Source: an uncultured delta proteobacterium
GTDB taxonomy: Bacteria; Myxococcota_A; Polyangia; Polyangiales; Polyangiaceae
Assembly: GCA_963806225.1 (NCBI GenBank)
Contig: CAWDXG010000001.1
Location: forward strand, 1,664,001-1,728,000
Reading direction: 5' to 3'
Length of the DNA stretch: 64,000 nt
A program made the position numbers and the translations under genes. A model generated the notes under the pieces. The model did no database searches, was not told the DNA's origin, and saw only the letters and a list, made by a program, of their open reading frames with translations. Below are positions 9,071-18,223 of the stretch, piece after piece (the first letter of the stretch is position 1; the number at the start of each line of letters is the position of its first letter).

Positions 9071-11189
9071 GGACCACGTACTCCTCGTTGCCGGCCGGCG
9101 CGACGCGCGGATGGGGCGTGGGTGCCAACGGGTTCGGGACCAGCTCGAGCTCCAGGCACGTGCTGTCCGGCGTAGAGTCGACCCGTGTCTGTGGGCCCCT
9201 CCACGGGCTCGCCACGTCGCGCGGCGAGGCGTGGAAGGTCTCTCGCGCTCCATGAACACGCACCGGAACGCCGTCGTCGGGGCCCCCGATCGGCGTGACC
9301 TGCAGCACCGCGTGCTCGGGTCTCGGCTGGTTGACGGCGTCGCGCACGACGAAGCGGATCTTGCCGCTGCCGGTCGCTGCGCACACCACGTCCACGTCGT
9401 GCATCCAGGCGAGTTGCCCGCGGAGCGAACCGCCCCGCCGGAGCGAGTTGGAGTCGCGCGCGCTGTCGTTGGGCTCGACCTCCTGGTTCTTCTCCGGGTT
9501 CGCTGCGGACAGTTCGAGCCGATACACGTCCGAGATGTTTTCGAGCACCGGTGGCGCGGGTTCGGCCCCGTAGCGCTCGCGATCCTGCATCACCGCCAGC
9601 AGGTAGTCGCCCGGTTGCAGAGCCAGCTGCTTGACGACGAGCCCCTGACCTTCAGTGCCTGGGCAATAGCGTCCGAGCGGCGTCTGGATGCCGGCGCGGT
9701 AGACAAGGGTACACAGCGCCATGTTGGGCAGCGCCGTGGTCGTCATCCGCACTGTCTTCGTGCCGGCGGGCACGGTGACGCTGTAGAAGTCGCGGTCGCT
9801 GTGCTGTGGATCGAGGCGACGCCCGAGCTGTCCGCGCACCTCGCTGCCGAACGGCAATGGCGTCGCGGTGCCGGGCGAGTTGTTCGGTTCGACTTCCGCT
9901 CCCGTGAACTCGCTGGCGCTGCTTGTTGCGGACCAGAGCTTGTAGCCGCCGAACCCAAGCGCCACGAGCACCACGCCGAAGGTCGTCATGGCGTACTGGC
10001 CGCGGCGCTTCAGCTTCTTCTCGTAGCGTTCGATCTCGCCGCGTGTTGCGGCTTCCTGATCAGCGCTGGCGAGCTCCCGCATCTGCTTCGAATCAAGCAG
10101 CAGGTCCACGCTGCTCTGCCCGGCGCCGCGCAGCTCGTCGACCAGGGCCTGCTGGAGCTCGCGTACGCTCTGGTAGCGCTGGTCGGGGTCTTTCTGCAGC
10201 GCGCGCATCACGATCGCGCTGAGAGCGCGGGGAATACCGAGATCCGGGAAGCGGTGGGCGGGTGCTTCGGGCGCCTCGGTCAGGTGCTTGGTCAAGATGC
10301 CCATCGGCGTTGCCGAGTCGAAGACCGGTTGCCCCGTCAGGCAGACGTACATCAGGGCTCCCAGCGAGTACACGTCGCTGCGCGGATCCACCGGTTCGCC
10401 GCGGATCTGTTCCGGCGACATGTAGAACGGTGTGCCTACGATCGCGCCGCGCGTGGTCACTTCGCCGAGCTCCTTGGATTCCCTGAGCTTGGCCAGACCG
10501 AAGTCGAGCACCTTGACCACATCGTCGCCCGCCTGGCCCTTGATGATGATGATGTTCTCGGGCTTCAGGTCGCGATGCACGATGTCGTGATCGTGCGCCT
10601 CGGCCAGCGAGCTGCAGATCTGGATCACGATGCGGGAGGTGCGCGACGGGCCGAGCGGTCCCCCGCGACGCACGATGCGCCCCAGGTCGTTGCCGCGCAG
10701 CAGCTCCATGGCCAGATAGGTCATGCCTTCCGAGCTGCCGAAATCGAACACCTGGACGGTGTTCGGATGCGAGAGCTTGCTCGCCATCAGCGCTTCGCGC
10801 TTGAAGCGCGCGACCAACTCCGTATTGCGGCCGAGTTCGCCCGTCAGGATCTTCAGCGCCATCAGCTTGCCGATGCGCGCGTGCTCGACCTTGTAGACGA
10901 CGCCCATGCCGCCACGACCCAGTGGTTCGATGATGCGATACCGGTCGGCAATGACGACGCCGATCAGCGGATCGGCCAGGTGCGCCGGATCCTCGCTTGG
11001 CGTGTCGCCAGCCAGGGTAGCGGCTCCCACCAGGCTCACCATGCTGTCCGCGCCGCCCGGCGGTGCCGGGTCGTCTTCGCCGGCGCCGGTATCAAGCCGG
11101 ATGCCGCACTGGCTGCAGAAACGTGCGTCATCCAGGTTCCTGGCGCGGCAGGCTGGGCACACCTGCAGCTCGGCGGCCGACTCGGTCAC
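9060..11189 (-). CDS. Membrane Ser/Thr protein kinase with N-terminal zinc ribbon and C-terminal PPC-like extracytoplasmic domains
   Basis: CPAC..FCSQCG; GRGGMGVVY, ALKIL, HRDLKPEN, DFG, GTPFYMSPE; TM segment; two EVEPN(N/D) motifs; GTGA overlap with upstream gene. Confidence 0.9.
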   Translation of the reverse strand: MTESAAELQVCPACRARNLDDARFCSQCGIRLDTGAGEDDPAPPGGADSMVSLVGAATLAGDTPSEDPAHLADPLIGVVIADRYRIIEPLGRGGMGVVYKVEHARIGKLMALKILTGELGRNTELVARFKREALMASKLSHPNTVQVFDFGSSEGMTYLAMELLRGNDLGRIVRRGGPLGPSRTSRIVIQICSSLAEAHDHDIVHRDLKPENIIIIKGQAGDDVVKVLDFGLAKLRESKELGEVTTRGAIVGTPFYMSPEQIRGEPVDPRSDVYSLGALMYVCLTGQPVFDSATPMGILTKHLTEAPEAPAHRFPDLGIPRALSAIVMRALQKDPDQRYQSVRELQQALVDELRGAGQSSVDLLLDSKQMRELASADQEAATRGEIERYEKKLKRRGQYAMTTFGVVLVALGFGGYKLWSATSSASEFTGAEVEPNNSPGTATPLPFGSEVRGQLGRRLDPQHSDRDFYSVTVPAGTKTVRMTTTALPNMALCTLVYRAGIQTPLGRYCPGTEGQGLVVKQLALQPGDYLLAVMQDRERYGAEPAPPVLENISDVYRLELSAANPEKNQEVEPNDSARDSNSLRRGGSLRGQLAWMHDVDVVCAATGSGKIRFVVRDAVNQPRPEHAVLQVTPIGGPDDGVPVRVHGARETFHASPRDVASPWRGPQTRVDSTPDSTCLELELVPNPLAPTPHPRVAPAGNEEYVVRAE

Positions 11190-13242
11190 GGCGGGGATCC
11201 CTTCAAGTAGAACTCGACGGCGACCTCGGGGATCGTGTTGCCCTGGCGCGGGCCATCGACCGCATGCGTGACGTGGCCGTAGGCAGTGATGCGGTCGCCC
11301 TTGCCGAGATGTGCGCTCTGCCCGTAGACCAGTCGCGCCAGACACGGGCTGTGCCGGCAGCCCCCGGACACGTCGAACAGCACGAAGCTCTGGTGGTGAT
11401 CCACGCGTGACTCGACCACCTTGCCCGACAGCGCTACCGCCCGGCCCTTCTTCGAGTCGATATCGCTCGAGATGTCGGTGTAGCTCTGCGTGGCTGTCTT
11501 GCGAAACTGCAGAGCTTCGTCGTGCAGGCTCGTCACGCGCTTGACGTGCAGGGGGAAAAGCCGCGGCGCGCGGTCCTTGGCGGACGCCCTGACGTTGATT
11601 GTGGTCTGCCCGACTGCCGAGACGTTCATCAGCTGGGCGAAGCTCCCCTGGGCATCGACCTTGATCGGCCGATCGCCGATACGGACCGTGCCACCCTTCA
11701 CGGTGTGGCCGGCAAGCATGAAAGTCTGCGCATCCGTTACGATGCGTGGACCGGGCGCATCGATCACCAGAGGTACGATTCCGAGCTGGAACTTGATCTC
11801 GCCTTGATCGGGCTTGTCCGCCCCGGGCGGCGTCACGCTGTAGGCGACCCTGCGTTCCAGGGGTTGGACGCTTGCGGCCCCTCCCGACAGCTCTTTCGTG
11901 ACGTCCACGTCATAGTGGGCGCTGCCGTCCGGAGCGAGCTCCAGCGGCTTTCCTTCCACGCTCACCTTCGAGCCCTTCTGGGCCTGCACATCCACCCTGA
12001 GCTGCGGCGGGCTGCCGGACAGCGGCGCGAGGTCGCCGCGCACGCGGTAGTCGACCGGGACGGTCAGCTCCACCGTGGTGGTGCGTTCCTCGCCGGGCTT
12101 CGTCAGCCCGATCTGCAGATCGTTGTCGCCCATCACGAGCGGATGTTCGACCGGAACTACGGCGTGTCCGCTCTTGAATGTCGCGCTCGCCTTGCCCAGG
12201 GCGGCTTGTGTGCCGTCGGGACACTGCGGACAGCCGAGCTCGAGCTGCTCCCGGCTGTGTTGATCGAGCGTGACCTTGGCCGACAGCGGTCCGCTGCTCT
12301 TCCAGAGCAGGGCAACCACGGCGACGCCGGCGAGCAGGAGGACGAAACCACCGATCGCCAGCACGGCCACCAGCGGCAGCCGGCGGGGTTTGTGTCCCTG
12401 CAGGACCGACAGCTCCTCCCGCGTCGGGGCGGCGCCGGCTTGACCCGCTGCGGGCGCCGCTGGGTTCCACTCTGGCGCTGCAGGTGCCGCCGGGCTCCAT
12501 TTTGGTGCTGCCTCCGGCTTGCGTGAGGTCGGGTCGAGCGGGGCGATGCCGGGATGAGCGATGCCGAGCATCGTCTTCTGTTGTGACGCCAGCGGCGTCG
12601 AGGCCGGTTGCGCCGAGGGCGGTGCAGCCGGGGGCGCGCTGCAGCGGGCGGCGCCGGTTGCGCCGAGGGCGGTGCAGCGGGGGGCCACTGGCCCGGCTGC
12701 TGCGGCGCGATGCCGAGCATCGTCTTCTGCTGCACGGCCGCCGGGGATCCGGCCGCGCCACCCTGCGGCGGGCTGGCTGGCGCAGCCGGCGCGGAAGCCG
12801 GCGCCGGCATGGGCGCGATGCCGAGCATGGTGCGCTGCAACCCGCCCTGCGGCTGCGGCTGCGCCTGTGCGGGTTCTTGTTGGGCCGGCGGGCTGCCACC
12901 CGGAGCAGGCATGCCGAGCATCGTCTTGTGCAGCGGGTTGCCGGTCGCGCTGCCCTGGAACTGGCCCGTCGGGTCTTCGCCTGGCCAGGTCGGTGGAGTG
13001 GCGGCGGCAGGTGTGGAGCCAGCCCCGGGCTGACCGGGCTGGCCGGGTGGGCCGTCGGGCCAGGTGGGTGAGACACCGCTGGCTGGCGGTGCCGTCGCGC
13101 CCATGCCGAGCATGGTCTTGTGGGCATCCGCCGCCGGTGCGGCGGGCGCGGCCGGCGCGGCGGCCTGGAGCGGGCTGCCGCACGCCGAGCAGACCGCTTG
13201 CGCGGGCGGATTGTCAGTTCCGCAGCGCGGGCAGAAGGCCAT
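11186..13242 (-). CDS. Zinc-ribbon / Pro-rich (K/R)TMLG-repeat membrane protein; frame break near 12650
   Basis: MAFCPRCG..CSACG in frame 12157..13716; five (K/R)TMLG repeats; continues in frame 11186..13183 with TM helix and beta-rich C-terminal domain. Confidence 0.7.
12603..12678. repeat. Two copies of a 26-nt coding repeat (gccggttgcgccgagggcggtgcagc), period 50 nt
   Basis: Copies start at 12603 and 12653; the non-triplet period brackets the frame break. Confidence 0.8.
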
Positions 13243-13389
13243 CGCGGCCACTATACATCCGCTCGGCTGGCCTTGCTGGCGCGCCAGACCCGGCATCGTT
13301 TCCCGGCTCACGGGCCGTTCGCCCGGCCCCCGCTCTGCAAGGTCTTTGTCCGTTGGACCGAGCCTCCGATATGAGGAAGGGACAAGGGC

Positions 13390-14164
13390 ATGCTGGCAAA
13401 ACGCATCATCCCCTGCCTCGACGTGAGGGATGGCCGTGTCGTCAAGGGCGTCAACTTCGTCGACATCCGGGACGCCGGTGATCCGGTAGAAGTGGCACGT
13501 CGCTACGACGCCGACGGCGCCGACGAGATCACTTTTCTGGACATCACCGCTTCGAACGAAGCGCGCGGGGCGCTGCTGGACGTGGTCGAGCGCACGGCCG
13601 ACGTGGTCTTCACCCCGCTGACGGTGGGGGGCGGGGTGCGCTCGCCCGCCGACGTGCGGGCGCTGCTTCATGCCGGCGCGGACAAGGTGAGCATCAACAC
13701 GGCAGCTATCGCGCACCCCGATCTAATCGCCGACATCGCAGGCGCCTGGGGCTCGCAGGCGCTGGTGGTCGCGGTGGACGCGAAGCGGCGCGCCGGCGGC
13801 AGGCTGGGAAGTGTTCACCCACGGTGGACGCCGGGCTACGGGGCTCGACGCGGTCGAGTGGTGCGTGCGGGCGGCCGAGCTCGGCGCCGGCGAGCTCCTG
13901 CTCACAAGCATGGATCGGGACGGCACCCTCTCCGGTTACGACCTCGAGCTCTCGAGAGCCGTCGTCGACGCGGTTCCCGTGCCGGTGATTGCGTCGGGCG
14001 GCGTAGGGACGCTCGAACATCTCCGGCAGGGTCTGTGTGAAGGCGGTGCGGACGCCGCGCTCGCCGCCTCCATCTTCCACGACGGGACGTACACGATCGG
14101 CGACGCCAAGCGCTATCTGGAAGCCGCTGACGTGCTGGTACGCCGCGAGGAGAGGGCGGCATGA
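13390..14164 (+). CDS. hisF: Imidazole glycerol phosphate synthase cyclase subunit; frame break near 13801
   Basis: [21 protein letters not shown], then in the next frame [30 protein letters not shown]. Confidence 0.93.
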
Positions 14165-14198
14165 TGGGAGTGGGCGACTGCACACGTGGAGGCAAGGC

Positions 14199-15732
14199 AT
14201 GAGCGTTACGCTGCTGGAGGTGATGGCTGCGGCCCAGGCGCGGCGCGCGCCGCTGGTCGCCGAGCTCGCCGGATACCTGGTGCTGGGCGCTGCGGATCAG
14301 AGCGCCGGGGCGCCGCGACGGATACGCGCCGCCGACGTGGTGTTGGCGGAAGACGGCGCGGTGCGCGTGGTCGGTGCCGGCAATGCCTGCGCTTCCGATG
14401 CGGCGCGAGGAGTCGCTGCGCAGCCTGCTCGGAGAGTTGATGCAGGTTGCGAGCTCCGCGACGCCGGCGCTGTTCCGCACCACGCAACGATCGGCAGGTG
14501 CAGGCGTCGATGCCCTGATCGGCGAGCTGGAAACGGCGCTGATTCCCGTAAACCGCGCGGCGGCGCGGCGTGCGTTGTCGCGTCTGCACCGCGAGACGGC
14601 GCGTGCTCTCGAGTCGGGATACGTCGACGCACCCGCATTCGAAGCCCAGCGGTCCGAGGCGCCGTCTGCCGCGCTCGCGGCGCAGGAGGCGGTGCCACCG
14701 GAACACGTCGATCCCGGTTGTCAGGAGTCGCTGCCAGGGTTCGAGCCGGTCGCCGCGCCGGAGCCGGTCGAGCCGGAGCCGGAGCCCGAGGAGTGGAGCG
14801 TGCCGCTCGAGATGCTGCAGGCGAGCCCGGAGGCTCCCGACGTGCAGCTTCCCCTGGGAGTGCCGGAGCCCGTCGCGGAGTCCCGCGACGACGAGACGGC
14901 CCCCGAGACCATCGTGGCGCGGACCCGTGGGGTCGCCGAACGGTCGGATGAAGTCATCGAGCTCCCGTCGTGCGATCTCGAGGTCGTGCTGGAGCTGTCG
15001 CCGCCGGTAGCGGAGGTCGCGCTGGAGCCGTCCCCGCCGGAGGTCGTGCTGGAGCTGTCGCCGCCGGCAGCGGAGGTCGCGCCGGAACCGTCGCCGCCCG
15101 CCGTGCCACCCGTAGAGCAAACGCCTATGCTCGGCACGCTGTGCGCTCCGGAAATGGTGCGTGATCCGGTGGATAGCGAGGACCCCGACGTCACCGACCG
15201 CGCACCTCCCGTATTCGAACCCGAGGAGACCCGTCCGCTCGAGCTGGACGCCGAGCTGACCCGCGTTGCGCCACCGGTGGGCCCGTCGCCGTCGGCCGCG
15301 GACGAAGACTACGAGGAGATAGAGTGGATCGAGGTGGAGCCGAGCGTGGAGCCGCCGCTCTGCCGCGACCCCGAGCCCTTCGGCATCGCGCCCTCGGCTG
15401 ATCCACCCGGTGTGGAGGCTCGTTGGAGACCCTCCGTTGTGGTGGTCGGCGGAGCTCCGACGGTCGACACGCATCCGGGCCCACCGCCGTGCGAGCCCGA
15501 ACCCACGCCAGCGCCGTGCGAGCCGGAGCCCACTCCGCCGCCGCGCGTCCCGGGCGAGAAGCCGGCGCCGGCACCCGCCCGGTTCGCCCCCCGCCAGAGC
15601 GACGTCTCCGAGCTACTCGACAGCTTCAGCGTGGCCGGCACCCGCTCCGAAAGCGAGCTGAGGGGCGACCTGAAGCGGATCGCCGGGCTCGAGCCGACCC
15701 CGCCGCCCGCGGGGACCAGCAGCGTCGAGTAG
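14199..15732 (+). CDS. Hypothetical protein: small N-terminal helical domain plus long acidic Pro/Glu-rich region; frame break near 14405
   Basis: MSVTLLEVMAAA in frame 14037 joins EESLRSLLGEL..LIPVNRAAARRALSRL in frame 14374. Confidence 0.55.
14980..15099. repeat. 60-nt coding tandem duplication (EVVLELSPPxAEVAxEPSPP x2)
   Basis: Units start at 14980 and 15040. Confidence 0.85.
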
Positions 15733-15816
15733 CCTGGCGAAAGCCGGGCCGGGGGAGGTGATCCGCCGGCACGCGAGGCGCGTTGACGCCACGCACGGGT
15801 GTGCGATTCTCCTGCC

Positions 15817-16203
15817 ATGCACGATCAGAACATGGCGATCCTCAAGGGGCTCGTAAGCGTCGCCTGGGCCGACGGCCACGTGGCTGATGAGGAGAAGGAA
15901 GTTATCGAAGCGCTCCTGCAGGCGTTCAACGCGACGCCCAGCGAGTCGCAGGAGGTCCGCCAGTACGCCGCCGAGCCGAAGCAGCTCGAGGACATCCCGT
16001 TGACCGACCTCAGCTTCGACGACCGGCGCGTGCTCCTGCAGCATGCCGTGCTCCTGACCTACATCGACGGCGAGCAGCACGAGACGGAAAAGGAGCTCAT
16101 CGAGCGGCTCTGCCATCGGCTCAACATCCCGGCGGTAGAAGCGAAGAGCCTGATCACCGCTGCGGAGCAGCGCGCGAAGAGCTTCCTCAACCTGCAGGAG
16201 TAG
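15817..16203 (+). CDS. TerB-family (tellurite-resistance-like) protein
   Basis: AWADGHVADEEKEVI and YIDGEQHETEKELI duplicated helical motifs. Confidence 0.8.
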   Translation: MHDQNMAILKGLVSVAWADGHVADEEKEVIEALLQAFNATPSESQEVRQYAAEPKQLEDIPLTDLSFDDRRVLLQHAVLLTYIDGEQHETEKELIERLCHRLNIPAVEAKSLITAAEQRAKSFLNLQE

Positions 16204-16242
16204 GCAGGGGCGTTTCCCGGTTGGCTGCCCCGCTCTGCTGTG

Positions 16243-16623
16243 TCAGTCGGCCGCCCCGGTCTGCTGCTTCAGCCGGTCGATCTCCTTGAGCAGTGCGATC
16301 GGGCTGAACGGCTTGGTGTAGTAGGCGGTCGCTCCGGCTTCGCTTGCCCGCGCACGGGAATCGGCGTCGTCCAGAGCGCTGATGATCACCACCGGGACGG
16401 TCTTCGTGGCCGGATCCGCGCGCAGTCTCTTGCAGACCTCGAAGCCGTCGTACTGGCCGGGCAGCATCAGATCGAGGAGCACCAGATCCGGGGGCCGGGT
16501 CATGGCGACGTCGATCGCTTTGGTGCCGGAGGCCACTGCTTCCACGTCGTAGCCCCGGGCATGGACCAGAGCTTCGATCATGCGGCGGATCGAGTCCTGA
16601 TCCTCGACGACAAGAATGCGCAT
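16243..16623 (-). CDS. Single-domain response regulator (CheY-like receiver)
   Basis: ILVVED, LVLLDLMLP, VIISA, TKPFS. Confidence 0.92.
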   Translation of the reverse strand: MRILVVEDQDSIRRMIEALVHARGYDVEAVASGTKAIDVAMTRPPDLVLLDLMLPGQYDGFEVCKRLRADPATKTVPVVIISALDDADSRARASEAGATAYYTKPFSPIALLKEIDRLKQQTGAAD

Positions 16624-16687
16624 GACGGAGGATAGTAACCCAGATCGGCTGCGCGTCGCTCGAAACCCGCAACCTGATCGACCGCGG

Positions 16688-18061
16688 TCAGCTCTGGAGC
16701 ACGGTCCGGACCTCGGTGTGCCCGTCCGGGCTCTCCGCCAGGTGGAGCTCGGCGCCCAGGCGGGCCGCTACCACCTGGCCCGCCAGAAGGGCGATGCCAG
16801 CCGGGCGCCCCAGGGAGGCCGGGTCGACACGGTGGGTGAGCACGTTTCGACGGGATACCTCGGGGACCCGCGGCCCGCCGTCCCTCACGACCAGCTCTAC
16901 GCCCGCCTCGCTGCCCGACAGCGCGATCCCCACCTGGCCGCCGTGCGGAGTCGCGGCGACGGCATGATCGAGCAGTGTGCGCAACAACAGCTCGAAACAG
17001 GCGCGCGGCAGCGGCAGCTCCAGCTTGTCCGGGGCTTCCACGGTCAGCTCGATTCCGTGGCGGGCGGCGAGTGTCGCTGCTTCAGCGACGGCGTCCCGCG
17101 TGACCCGGCACAGCTCTAGTCGGGTGGGGCGTTCATCGAGCGGGCATTCCGCGATCCGTGACAGCTCGCGCGAGAGCTCGAAAGCGGCGGTTACGCGCCG
17201 CGACAGCCGCTCCGCCAGCTTGGAGTCGTCGCCCAGTTCCTCGGCCGCAGTTGCCGCGTCGGCGCGCAATCCCTCCAGCATGTCGCGCAGCCCACCTGAC
17301 AACGAGGCGGCGGTCGAGACCAGCAGCTCGAAGCGCTCGGTGCTGCTTTCGTGCGCTGCGCTGGCGGGCGGAGCACCCGCGAGATCGCCCGCCGAGAAGG
17401 CCGTGGCCAGCTCACGGGCATAGGCCTCGCCGAGCTGTTGGGCCTGCTGCAGCTCCTTGCGGAGCTCGACGACCTCGCGCTGATCGCTGGCACCGTCGGC
17501 CGGCAGAAGCACCGATTGCGTCCCGCCTTCCAACTCCAGCCGGCCGCCGTGTCGCGTCGCCATGCGGCTCAGCCAGCGCCGCTCGAGCTCCGCCGTCGCG
17601 GAGCTGTCGGGCCCGAGCTCCACGCTGATGCGCACCCACTGCTCCTGGCGCCGGATGTGCACTTCAGGAGAAGAGCTGGCGCTTGGGACCGCGGGGTTGC
17701 TGTTGGTCTGGCTGACCAGCACGTGCAGCATGCGCCGCAGCTCGGATTCCTCTCCGAACACCTCGGTGCCGGCGCCGGGCTCGATGGCGATGCGCGCCCC
17801 GGGCGCCAGGTCGTACAGCAGCGCGGCCAGATCGATGCGGCCGCGGCGCGCCGCCTTGCCCGCGCCGCTCTGCAGCTCGCTCAGCCTGCTGATGGCTTCG
17901 TCGAGCGTGTCCAGCGTTGTCTCGACCGGTTGGGAGGCAGTGATGCTGGGTCCGGGCTGCTTGAGCTGGCTCACGCCCTCGCGCAGCGCCTTGGCAGCGC
18001 CACGCGCCTCCTGCGCGAGCAGCCAGCTGAGCTCCTGCCGGGTAAGGCGTTCCTGCGACAC
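16688..18061 (-). CDS. Degenerate histidine-kinase-like protein (two HK-like halves, no conserved His)
   Basis: LLRTLLDHAV (N-box-like), VRDGGP (G1-like), PAGIAL (G2-like); N-terminal half also HK-like. Confidence 0.6.
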   Translation of the reverse strand: MSQERLTRQELSWLLAQEARGAAKALREGVSQLKQPGPSITASQPVETTLDTLDEAISRLSELQSGAGKAARRGRIDLAALLYDLAPGARIAIEPGAGTEVFGEESELRRMLHVLVSQTNSNPAVPSASSSPEVHIRRQEQWVRISVELGPDSSATAELERRWLSRMATRHGGRLELEGGTQSVLLPADGASDQREVVELRKELQQAQQLGEAYARELATAFSAGDLAGAPPASAAHESSTERFELLVSTAASLSGGLRDMLEGLRADAATAAEELGDDSKLAERLSRRVTAAFELSRELSRIAECPLDERPTRLELCRVTRDAVAEAATLAARHGIELTVEAPDKLELPLPRACFELLLRTLLDHAVAATPHGGQVGIALSGSEAGVELVVRDGGPRVPEVSRRNVLTHRVDPASLGRPAGIALLAGQVVAARLGAELHLAESPDGHTEVRTVLQS

Positions 18062-18223
18062 GGCCGAGCATCATGCCATGCCTCCGCCGCTGCGGCTACG
18101 CGTGCTCGCGAGGCGGCAAAATGCCGCCGGGGCGGTGCCCGCAGTCGGGACGGCCGCCCGGTATCCGGGTGTTTCCGCCACAGAACTGTCGCCGCGGCCG
18201 GGGAGCCCGCTACGCTAGCCGTC

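Noticed and set aside
13795..13810. Programmed frameshifting in hisF (and hutH near 34465)
   Set aside because: No slippery run at either site; similar breaks occur throughout the window
15817..16203. TerB gene as part of a tellurite-resistance or anti-phage ter cluster
   Set aside because: No other ter genes are nearby; standalone TerB-like genes are common
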